A stretch of DNA of 64,000 nt from a virus. Shown piece by piece: positions 55,812 through 64,000 of this stretch. The stretch covers positions 1 through 64,000 of IMG/VR virus record IMGVR_UViG_3300033183_000354; one strand, written 5' to 3'. The translations under genes were made by a program, and so were the position numbers. How positions within the stretch are numbered: position 1 is the first letter of the stretch; the number at the start of each line of letters is the position of its first letter. The notes beneath the pieces are model-generated. The model was not told where the DNA came from. It did no database searches and saw nothing but the letters and a program-made list of their open reading frames with translations.

Positions 55812-56750
55812 ATGAAAAAAATCGTATTCGCTCTGGCTCTCATTGCTACGGCCTCAACTGCGTACGCAAGAGATCAAATTTCTATCGTAGGTTCGTCCAC
55901 GGTATTTCCATTTGCTACGACTGTAGCCGAAAAATTCGGACAAATTTCTAACTTTAGAACTCCCGTCATTGAATCCACTGGTTCCGGTGGAGGAATGAAG
56001 ATGTTTTGTAAAGGTGTAGGTACAGACACACCTGACATTACAAACGCATCTCGTGCAATTAAAAAGTCAGAAGAAGAACTGTGTGCTAAGAATGGTGTAA
56101 CACCAATCGAAAGAATGATTGGTTATGATGGCATCACAATCTCTACTTCTCTCAAAGGTAATCCATTTCCAATTACAAAGGAAGAAATCTATAAAGCAGT
56201 TGCTGCCGAAGTTTGGAATGGCACCGACTTTGTAGCAAATCCGTATAAGACTTGGAAAGACATCAATCCTGAACTTCCGGCACTATCGATCGATATCATG
56301 GTACCACCTACAACCTCAGGTACTCGTGATGCATTCGTAGAGCTGATCCTCCACGATGTATGTCGTAAAGAATACAAGCTCGATAAGAAGACCGCAAAGG
56401 CAAGATGCACTGCACTCAGAACCGATGGTCGTCATGTAGTACAAATGGGCGAAAACGATAATCTACTCATTGAAAAGCTGGTAGCCGATGCTGATCGTAT
56501 GGCAGTGTTTGGTTTCTCATTCTTGGATATGAACCGCGATAAAGTAGTTGCTCATCCAGTGAATGGTGTATCACCAGAATTTGATACAATTGCTGATGGT
56601 TCTTATAAAGTATCACGTCCACTGTTCTACTACATTAAGAAAGAACATCTTGGAGTGATTCCTGGCATCGAAGAATTTGACGCATTATTTAAGAAACTAT
56701 CAGACGCTGATGGTCCTCTCGCTGAACAAGGATTGATTCCTCTTCAGTAA
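55812..56750 (+). CDS. pstS: phosphate-binding protein PstS (auxiliary metabolic gene)
   Basis: Signal peptide; IVGSSTVFPF, ESTGSGGG, NASR, SGTRDAF, Y.VSRPLF.Y. Confidence 0.93.
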   Translation: MKKIVFALALIATASTAYARDQISIVGSSTVFPFATTVAEKFGQISNFRTPVIESTGSGGGMKMFCKGVGTDTPDITNASRAIKKSEEELCAKNGVTPIERMIGYDGITISTSLKGNPFPITKEEIYKAVAAEVWNGTDFVANPYKTWKDINPELPALSIDIMVPPTTSGTRDAFVELILHDVCRKEYKLDKKTAKARCTALRTDGRHVVQMGENDNLLIEKLVADADRMAVFGFSFLDMNRDKVVAHPVNGVSPEFDTIADGSYKVSRPLFYYIKKEHLGVIPGIEEFDALFKKLSDADGPLAEQGLIPLQ

Positions 56751-56766
56751 AAAATACAACTAATTG

Positions 56767-56796
56767 AAAAGGGCCGGAATAATTCCGGCCCTTTTT
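56767..56796 (+). terminator. Rho-independent (bidirectional) terminator after pstS
   Basis: aaaa-gggccggaat-a-attccggccc-ttttt. Confidence 0.9.
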
Positions 56797-56809
56797 ATGT
56801 ACTTTTCGT

Positions 56810-56817
56810 TATAAATA
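56810..56817 (+). promoter_or_regulatory. late promoter TATAAATA
   Basis: Consensus upstream of ORF 56854. Confidence 0.75.
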
Positions 56818-56853
56818 GATCATAATCTATAAGATAATCTATAAGAGGGAAAA

Positions 56854-58260
56854 ATGATGCGATTTACTAGATATTTGACTGAATCACAGATTGCCGTAGA
56901 CGCTGCTACTCAGCTAGCAAAGGCTCTACCATCTTTTGAAGTGATTGATACTAAATACGTCAAAGAAACTGGTAAACGTATTACTATTACTCAAACAATG
57001 CCAGATGCAAAAAGACGTCCCTTTGTACAAGCTGCAAATTCTTGGCTACAGAAAAATAAAGAAGGATTTCAATATATTGAAATCACATCAAATCGTGCAA
57101 CAAAAGATATACACTTCAAATCACCAGCTTCAGATAAAGGAATTTATATTAAAACAAAGCCAGATGGTAAAAGAGGAAGTACAGATCCAAATGAATTGAT
57201 GACAGCCACACTCGCATGCGTCCCTCGTCTTAAAGCACCAAAAGATCTTGACGCTCTTGATGCTATGGTCGATTCAACGAAAGCTTTAGTACCATCAAAA
57301 ATATACGATTATGCACAGAATGAATTAGATGCATTTGACGGAGACTACACAAACTTTTGTCAAGCCATTTCAGCTGCTATTGCTATTCAAAAATTTATTG
57401 GTGGTACCGCTGATAAGGCATACATCACAGGTCGGGTTTGGCACCGCGATATTCAAAAATTTAAGATGAACGCTTATGGAATGAAAGACTTTAACTCTTC
57501 TGATATTGTATTGAAGCGAGGTAAAAAGTTTTATGGTATATCACTGAAGAAAAAAGATAGACCAACTACAGCAGATCCAACAATTCTAAATAAATCAGTT
57601 AGATCAGTATTTGATGATCCAACCTTGATTGCAAGTTATAATGATTCTATCCGTAACTTCATGATTAATCGTGTTATAGCGGTGGCAGAACGAGCAAAGA
57701 TGTTGGATACAGGATCAAAAAGAAAAGCTGAAATTGATCGCACAGGTAAAGTATGGAAAAACTTGATATCTCGTTTGCCTAACGATTATTTTAATCGTCA
57801 ACTTAAAGGAAGAAATAGCGTATTCAAAGATATAGCAGATTTGTTTAATAAAAAAGCCGATTCAATCGCAAATACCTTAATACAGCTTGTATTGAAGATG
57901 GATTTACAACAATTAAAACAATTTGATTTTGACTTTGCACTTGTAACTGGTATCGGTAATTATGGTCCACGTGTTGGACCAGTTGTGAGTAAAGCTGATC
58001 TCATTAGTATTGACACTATTGTTGAAAGAATGGCAGTGCTCGCAAAAAATAATTCACCTACGATCGAACTAGATCGTAATACTATACAGCCTGGCGAAAG
58101 AGGCGCAACTGCAGCGGTGTTAAAACTAAACTTAATGATGGGTACAATGAAGATTCTTGATATTACAATTAGATACAAAGGTTCAGCCAGTTGGACATCA
58201 CAGCCGTCAATTTTGGCTACCATGACAAAAGAATTTAAAGATTATCTGAAAGGCGAATAA
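56854..58260 (+). CDS. PD-(D/E)xK restriction-endonuclease-like protein with capsid-targeting-like N-terminus
   Basis: DPNELMT, SSDIVL....YGISLKKK; begins MMRFTRYLTE. Confidence 0.5.
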   Translation: MMRFTRYLTESQIAVDAATQLAKALPSFEVIDTKYVKETGKRITITQTMPDAKRRPFVQAANSWLQKNKEGFQYIEITSNRATKDIHFKSPASDKGIYIKTKPDGKRGSTDPNELMTATLACVPRLKAPKDLDALDAMVDSTKALVPSKIYDYAQNELDAFDGDYTNFCQAISAAIAIQKFIGGTADKAYITGRVWHRDIQKFKMNAYGMKDFNSSDIVLKRGKKFYGISLKKKDRPTTADPTILNKSVRSVFDDPTLIASYNDSIRNFMINRVIAVAERAKMLDTGSKRKAEIDRTGKVWKNLISRLPNDYFNRQLKGRNSVFKDIADLFNKKADSIANTLIQLVLKMDLQQLKQFDFDFALVTGIGNYGPRVGPVVSKADLISIDTIVERMAVLAKNNSPTIELDRNTIQPGERGATAAVLKLNLMMGTMKILDITIRYKGSASWTSQPSILATMTKEFKDYLKGE

Positions 58261-58377
58261 TGAGATTTCAAGAGTTTATAACTAAACAAAAATAATTATG
58301 TATATATGTTACTGAAGAAACTCAACTCGCTGGCTATCACCGAGGCCGCACAGTTAAGAAAGGAGGTAAAGCCGATT

Positions 58378-59607
58378 ATGAATACATTTCAGCAGTTCGT
58401 AACAGAACAAAAGAATACTCATATGACGCATATTGAGGACAAGGTTCTCTATGGTGGTGTGAAGGGAACTCGTGAAGCTATTCTTGCTTTGCGTTCATTG
58501 AGAGATGCTCTTGGAGGCGTACATGATGGTAATGTTAGTGTTAAGTGGGACGGGGCTCCTGCTATCTTCGCTGGTACTGATCCTCGTGACGGTAAATTCT
58601 TTGTCGCAAAGAAAGGTATTTTTAACAAATCGCCAAAAGTCTACAAGACGCCGGCAGACGTTGATGCTGATACTTCTGGTGATCTTGCTGATAAACTTAA
58701 GTTGGCTCTTAAGCATTTACCAGAACTTGGGATAAAAGGAGTTATTCAAGGTGATTTTCTGTTCAGTACTGGAGATGTTGAAACCTCTAAAATCAAAGGT
58801 AAATCTTATGTTACCTTCCACCCCAATACAATTGTTTATGCAGTTCCAGCAGGAAGTGACGCAGCGAAAGAAATTAAATCAGCGAAATTGGGGATTGTCT
58901 GGCATACGACATACAAAGGACCAACATTCGAAACGATGAAGGCTTCTTATGGTGTTGATGTGACTAAACTAAGAAAATCAAAGAATGTTTGGTCACAAGA
59001 TGCGATGCTTCGTGATATGACAAAATATACGATGTCAAAAGAAGATACTGAAGAAGTAAATGAATATTTGTCTCGTGCAGGATTTATCTTTAATAAAATT
59101 GCAGCTTCTACATTAAAGCAACTCGAAGAAAATCCAGCTTTAGCAGGGATGATCGAAACGCATGGTAATACATACGTAAGAGCAGGAACAGTACCTCCTG
59201 ATCCAAAGAAAAGAGTTGAAGCTTTGATTAAATTTATCCAACAGAAATATCAAAAAGAGATGGATAAAAGAAGCACTGAACAAGGTAAAGCTGTACAACA
59301 AAAAAAATTAAATGAGATTTTAACGTTTTTTTCACAAAAAAACAAACAAAGTCTTATCCAGATGTTCGAATTGCAAAGAATCATCGTTTTAGCAAAACTA
59401 AAACTTATAAATATACTTAACAAGCTTAATGGTACTTCTACCTTTCTTAAAACGAAAAGAGGGTATAGAGTTACCGGTCAAGAAGGTTATGTTGCGATTG
59501 ATAAGCTTGGTGGTGACGCGGTTAAGATTGTTGACCGAATGGAATTCTCATTTGCCAACTTTAGCCCAAGTGTATTAAAAGGATGGGATAAACCAGGGAG
59601 AAACTAA
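58378..59607 (+). CDS. DUF6267-like protein with ligase-type nucleotidyltransferase motifs
   Basis: Start at ATG 58378 after AAGGAGG; NTHMTHIED, SVKWDGAP, QGDFLF, EGYV, KIVDR.EFS. Confidence 0.65.
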   Translation: MNTFQQFVTEQKNTHMTHIEDKVLYGGVKGTREAILALRSLRDALGGVHDGNVSVKWDGAPAIFAGTDPRDGKFFVAKKGIFNKSPKVYKTPADVDADTSGDLADKLKLALKHLPELGIKGVIQGDFLFSTGDVETSKIKGKSYVTFHPNTIVYAVPAGSDAAKEIKSAKLGIVWHTTYKGPTFETMKASYGVDVTKLRKSKNVWSQDAMLRDMTKYTMSKEDTEEVNEYLSRAGFIFNKIAASTLKQLEENPALAGMIETHGNTYVRAGTVPPDPKKRVEALIKFIQQKYQKEMDKRSTEQGKAVQQKKLNEILTFFSQKNKQSLIQMFELQRIIVLAKLKLINILNKLNGTSTFLKTKRGYRVTGQEGYVAIDKLGGDAVKIVDRMEFSFANFSPSVLKGWDKPGRN

Positions 59608-60110
59608 TGGCGGATATCGTTCGCTTCAAAGACGTATTCAATAACCCAGACGCTCTCACATTTAAAGATATGTATACAGTAGAGTATCGTCCAGGCGAGG
59701 ACGAGCTTGTAAATTATCGTGCGATGAGACGTAAGAGAACAATTGGTGTTGGTGAAGGTGGTCCAATCGGCGAGTCGACTGATGTAGAAGAAGCACTTAA
59801 TCTGACTCAGAGAATGAAGCGCTCTCGCATGATGAAGAAGATGAAGTCGCGGATTAAAATTGGCCGTGAACGTGCAAAGCGTAAAATGGCCGATAAGAAA
59901 AAATTAGAAAAACGAGCAAATCGTAAAGCCCGTGATGCTATTGTAAGAAAACTTACAAAAGATATTCCTAAGTCTGAACTTACTTATGCAAGAAGGCAGG
60001 AGATTGAGAAGAGGCTCGATAAACCTGCAATAAAAGCTAGAATTAAGCGACTTGCTCGTAAGATGTTTCCTAAAATTCGCAAAGCAGAAGTTGAACGGAA
60101 AAAAGGTTAA
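59607..60110 (+). CDS. basic late protein
   Basis: VEEAL followed by a very K/R-rich domain. Confidence 0.65.
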   Translation: MADIVRFKDVFNNPDALTFKDMYTVEYRPGEDELVNYRAMRRKRTIGVGEGGPIGESTDVEEALNLTQRMKRSRMMKKMKSRIKIGRERAKRKMADKKKLEKRANRKARDAIVRKLTKDIPKSELTYARRQEIEKRLDKPAIKARIKRLARKMFPKIRKAEVERKKG

Positions 60111-61345
60111 TGATTAATTCATTTCGTAATTATCTGGTCGAAGAAGAGAAAACCTTATACTTTGTATGGGGTCGTATGAATCCGCCGACTGCGGGTCATG
60201 AGAAGCTTCTTGACTTTTTGAAATCTAAAGCTGGTAATAATCCCTTTAGGATTTATTTGACTCAATCAGAAGATAATACTAAAAATCCTATTCCATTTGT
60301 ACAGAAAGTAAAGTTTGCTCGTAAAGGATTTCCTCATTATGCTCGTCAGATCATGATGGATAAAAAACTGAAGACGATCTTTGACGCAATGACATCTTTT
60401 TATAATGAAGGGTTTAAGCGTATTGTTATTGTTGCTGGCGCTGATCGTGTAACAGAATATGATATTACTCTGAACAAATATAATGGGAAAAAGGGTCGTC
60501 ACGGATTCTATAACTTTGAACGTATTACAGTAATGAATGCTGGTAAAAGAGATCCAGAATCAAAAGGCGTTGAAGGCGTATCTGGTACAAAACTAAGAGG
60601 TTATGCTGAATCTGGTGACTTTACTAAGTTTGCTCAATATATGCCAAAGAGACTTTCAAATGCAGATGCCAAAGCAGTATATAATGCTGTTCGTAAAGGT
60701 ATTGGCATGAGAGAACAAAGAGAATTTAAGAATCATGTACAATTAGAACCAGTGTCTGACCTTCGCGAAAGCTATGTACAAGGTAGCCTCTTTAATCCAG
60801 GCGATACAGTAGCTGTAAAAGAAACTGGTCAACTTGGAAAAGTTAAACATCTTGGTTCGAACTATGTTATTATTGAAAGTAATGGCACAGAATATCGTAA
60901 ATGGATCGATTCGATAGAAAAGCTTGATGAGAATATGGAAGTTGAAGTGGCTTCTTTCTCAGTTCAAAAAGAATCTTTGAATGAAGCGACATCTTCTCGT
61001 CAAGATCCAGATATTAAAGATAGAAAAGGTACTCAGCCAAAAGCATATCATGCTGGTTTAAAAAAATCTACTAAGGTTGCAAGAGACGCGCACTTTAAGA
61101 AGCATGGAAAAATGGCTGACGACAACCCTGCTGCATATAAGAAAGCACCTGGTGATGCGACTGCTAAGACTAGATTGTCTAGACATACATTGAAATTTAG
61201 ACAGATGTTTGGTGAACAAGATGCAGCTGATATGGCAAAGAAAAGAATCGAAAGAGAAAAAGAAATTGATAAAAGAAAGCATGATCGTATGATGGATCGT
61301 GCCCGTCTTAGAGATACTCTTAAAAAGAATAGGGAAACGAAATGA
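60110..61345 (+). CDS. cytidyltransferase-like (HxGH nucleotidyltransferase) protein with basic C-terminal modules
   Basis: GRMNPPTAGHEKL, VAGADRV, AGKRDP, SGTKLR. Confidence 0.8.
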   Translation: MINSFRNYLVEEEKTLYFVWGRMNPPTAGHEKLLDFLKSKAGNNPFRIYLTQSEDNTKNPIPFVQKVKFARKGFPHYARQIMMDKKLKTIFDAMTSFYNEGFKRIVIVAGADRVTEYDITLNKYNGKKGRHGFYNFERITVMNAGKRDPESKGVEGVSGTKLRGYAESGDFTKFAQYMPKRLSNADAKAVYNAVRKGIGMREQREFKNHVQLEPVSDLRESYVQGSLFNPGDTVAVKETGQLGKVKHLGSNYVIIESNGTEYRKWIDSIEKLDENMEVEVASFSVQKESLNEATSSRQDPDIKDRKGTQPKAYHAGLKKSTKVARDAHFKKHGKMADDNPAAYKKAPGDATAKTRLSRHTLKFRQMFGEQDAADMAKKRIEREKEIDKRKHDRMMDRARLRDTLKKNRETK

Positions 61346-61578
61346 TTGGTTTTAAATCCTACATTGCTGAAGATGCGACAGCAGCATTAAAAAAGAAAGC
61401 AGAAAAGACTGGCTTTTCACTTGCGACTTTACGTAAAGTATATAATCGTGGTGTTGCTGCTTGGAAAACAGGTCATCGGCCTGGAACTACTCCTCAACAA
61501 TGGGGTTTAGCAAGAGTTAATTCATTTGTAACAAAGGGAAAGGGCACCTATGGCGGTGCAGATAAGGATCTAACATGA
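61342..61578 (+). CDS. conserved small basic phage protein
   Basis: LKKKAEKTG...LRKVYNRG.AAW..GHRPG..PQQWG.ARVNSF. Confidence 0.75.
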   Translation: MIGFKSYIAEDATAALKKKAEKTGFSLATLRKVYNRGVAAWKTGHRPGTTPQQWGLARVNSFVTKGKGTYGGADKDLT

Positions 61579-61964
61579 AAAATTTTAAACAACTCCGCGA
61601 AAGTAAAATTGCACTTGAAGATATGGAAATTTTGGATAACATTTTATCAGAAATGCCTATTGACGATCTAGATGAATTATCTGAAGGTCCATTTAGTCGT
61701 ATCGGCAAATTCATGATGAAAAGAAAGTTAGCAAAACAAGTAAAAAAATCTAATAAAGATATAGCAAAACATACGGATGCTCAAAATAAAGATAAAAAAT
61801 ATGCGTTCAAACAAGTAGCAGGGCCAGGCGATTATCCGCATCATGTGGCGAACCATCCGAAGGTAAGGCAAGCACATGACAGATATCAACCTGCTATAGA
61901 CAAAGCTAAAAAAATGGCTGATCGTTCTCAAAAAGCATTAAACCGCTTAAATAAGAGTAAATAA
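61575..61964 (+). CDS. basic late protein, internal-head-protein-like
   Basis: MKNFKQLRE start; acidic leader then a basic domain. Confidence 0.6.
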   Translation: MKNFKQLRESKIALEDMEILDNILSEMPIDDLDELSEGPFSRIGKFMMKRKLAKQVKKSNKDIAKHTDAQNKDKKYAFKQVAGPGDYPHHVANHPKVRQAHDRYQPAIDKAKKMADRSQKALNRLNKSK

Positions 61965-61979
61965 TTAGAGGAAAATAAA

Positions 61980-63533
61980 ATGCCACTTAAAGTATCAGAT
62001 GGAATTGGTGCGTGGATCAAAGACTTCAAAAAGTCTGATGCTCCGCAGTTCAAAGGCAAATCAGAAAAAGAACGACGCGATCAAGCAATTGCAGCATATT
62101 TGTCTGCAAAACGAGGCGGGAAACCTCAAGAAGAGAACGTAAGTTCAGCTGATAGAAAGCCTCAGATGTATACTAAACCTGACGGCAAACGTGGCGTACG
62201 TATGGTAAAAGTTGATCGTGAAGTAATTAAAACCGATGAAACTACTAAGAAAGAAGATTCAGATGCAGTGAAAGCATTCCTTGCAAAAGGCGGTAAGATT
62301 ACTAAACTTCCTCCTGGAAAAGCTCAAGGCTATCACGGTAAAGATGATCCCGGTAAAGACCAAGTTGGCATGTTAGATCGAGGTGATACTAAACAATTTG
62401 GCACTCGTAAAAAAGTCAAGTCGATGGGTGAAGGAAAACAAACTCATGTATTTGACAATGAGAAAGATGCTCGTGCTAAGGCTAAAGAAATCGGCGGTAA
62501 GTATGTAAAAGGTACTGGTAAGAGTGCTGGTAAACATGCTGCTATTAAAGAAGCTGCACCTAAGCCATTGAATCGTTCTGATCATACTCACACTGTTCAC
62601 ATTGATGGTGAAGGTAAATATAGAGTCAAAGCTAAGTCGATGGATCATGCTAAGAAAGTTGCATTCAAACAAGCTGGTATCTCTAAGTTACATGGACACC
62701 CTACAATGGAACCAAAGACTCGTATCTATGGTGAAGCAAAGAGAGTCGTTCATTCTGATCGTCCTGATTCTCTTAAATCACTTCGTGTTATGCATCCTAA
62801 ACCTGCTAGTGATAAAATGCCATTTGATGGACCATATAGAAAAGCGGGAGAAGTAAGAAAAGACAAGTATGGTAATGTAATTAAAAATCTTCCTCGTCAT
62901 CTTGCTCGTAATGCTGCCCGTAGAGCTGCGGGCATGGATGAATCTGTAAACGAAGAAACAAACTTTCAAGTCAATATCGAAGGTCTTCCAATGATGTTCA
63001 TGTCAGGTATGGGTCAAGGCGAAATCATGCAAAAACTTCGTAAGATTGTCAAGCAACCTTCGATGATTCAGTCTGTCAAGCGTGTTACTGATGCCGATGT
63101 AAAGAAAACATTTCGACTCAAAGCACAAGGTCGTGATGAAGAAGAACAAGTTGATGAAGCACTTAAGCATACTCATGCTGTAATAGACGGCAATGGTAAA
63201 GTTGCTGGTATGTCATCAGATGAAAAAGGTGCAAAGGATATTGCTCGTAGACATAATGGTAGAGTCGTAAAGTTGAAAAAACCTATATCTTCAAGAAAGG
63301 GTGATATGATGATCAATCGTCCTTTCTCCGAAGCAAAACTTGATGAGCTTTCACCAGCAACAATGGCTCGTTATCACTCTGCTGCTGACAAGAGCAAGTC
63401 AAGAGCTTGGGCTAAGTTTGATCTCGGTAAGACGACTGCTGCAGACGCTCTCAAAAATCAAGAAAAGCGTACTGCTGGCCAAAAATTAGCAAGAAAGAAA
63501 ATCAATCAAAAAGCATTTAGGACAAGCAAATGA
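61980..63533 (+). CDS. modular basic protein, putative internal head polyprotein
   Basis: DFKKSDAPQFKGKS..R...AIAAY module, then short basic modules separated by xxE linkers. Confidence 0.6.
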   Translation: MPLKVSDGIGAWIKDFKKSDAPQFKGKSEKERRDQAIAAYLSAKRGGKPQEENVSSADRKPQMYTKPDGKRGVRMVKVDREVIKTDETTKKEDSDAVKAFLAKGGKITKLPPGKAQGYHGKDDPGKDQVGMLDRGDTKQFGTRKKVKSMGEGKQTHVFDNEKDARAKAKEIGGKYVKGTGKSAGKHAAIKEAAPKPLNRSDHTHTVHIDGEGKYRVKAKSMDHAKKVAFKQAGISKLHGHPTMEPKTRIYGEAKRVVHSDRPDSLKSLRVMHPKPASDKMPFDGPYRKAGEVRKDKYGNVIKNLPRHLARNAARRAAGMDESVNEETNFQVNIEGLPMMFMSGMGQGEIMQKLRKIVKQPSMIQSVKRVTDADVKKTFRLKAQGRDEEEQVDEALKHTHAVIDGNGKVAGMSSDEKGAKDIARRHNGRVVKLKKPISSRKGDMMINRPFSEAKLDELSPATMARYHSAADKSKSRAWAKFDLGKTTAADALKNQEKRTAGQKLARKKINQKAFRTSK

Positions 63534-64000
63534 GTTTAAGATCAGCTATCGAAGAAGTTCGTAAAAAGCAATATGATTGGGGAACACCAGAGTCGACTGC
63601 TCATGCTAAACGTATGACTCCAGGCGAAACCAATGAAGGTACATGGGCCACCCCTCGAACTCCTAAAGAAAAGGCCGCGCTCAAAAAACTTATGAGCAAT
63701 CCTATTAAATTGGGCAAAGAAGGCGATGAAGCAGCAGGTAAGATTTATTCACTGATTGGTGATGATGAATTATATGATGATCTTTATGCTGCTGGTAAAA
63801 AGAATCCAAATGGTGATGCTCGTCCAATAATTAAAAAACATATGAAGAGACTTCGTATCGCTGAAGCTAAAGATGAAGATCCTGGCGAATATGATCAAGA
63901 AGGTGATATGGCAAAGTCTCAATTGAGAAGCATTATTGCTAATGCTAAAGAACTTCATGATATGCTTGATGATAATGAGAATATGCCTGAATGGGTACAA
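63530..64000 (+). CDS. modular late protein (3' partial, not in ORF track)
   Basis: ATGA overlap; open to the window end: MSLRSAIEE..WGTPES..MTPGE..EGTWA..EYDQEGDMAKSQL..MPEWVQ. Confidence 0.7.
   Translation, partial: MSLRSAIEEVRKKQYDWGTPESTAHAKRMTPGETNEGTWATPRTPKEKAALKKLMSNPIKLGKEGDEAAGKIYSLIGDDELYDDLYAAGKKNPNGDARPIIKKHMKRLRIAEAKDEDPGEYDQEGDMAKSQLRSIIANAKELHDMLDDNENMPEWVQ

Noticed and set aside
63770-64000. 76-aa minus ORF
   Set aside because: The plus-strand frame from 63530 is open to the window end and fits the gene cluster.
1-64000. CRISPR arrays, introns, inteins, transposases, DGR
   Set aside because: No repeat-spacer array, reverse transcriptase or transposase seen; gp17, gp41 and gp43 are uninterrupted and of normal length.

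Overview
A 64-kb, AT-rich, gene-dense segment of a T4-like myophage genome, almost all on the + strand. The host is most likely a marine alphaproteobacterium, judged from the alpha-type permuted tmRNA and the alpha-like PstS and small heat-shock protein. In order, the window holds: LamG-repeat fibre proteins; the T4 morphogenesis block (gp13-gp23, gp3); uvsY/uvsW, gp55, gp47/46/45/44/62 and regA; an Hsp20 locus with several tiny genes; lysozyme, gp43 and a prim-pol-like primase; a DNA-modification cluster (gp42-type dCMP hydroxymethylase plus helical transferase-like, PLP and SGNH-like genes); uvsX, gp41 and thyX; a six-gene minus-strand operon of exported, fimbria-like proteins; a two-piece tmRNA whose intervening loop encodes a 48-aa basic protein; a hydroxylase/radical-SAM island; pstS; and late genes whose N-termini resemble T4 capsid-targeting sequences. 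Best novelty candidates: (1) the ORF nested in the tmRNA intervening segment, (2) the usher-less pilin/chaperone-like operon, (3) a possible non-glucosyl cytosine hypermodification pathway, (4) capsid-packaged nuclease, ligase-like and polyprotein cargo. All calls come from reading motifs by eye; no database searches were run.
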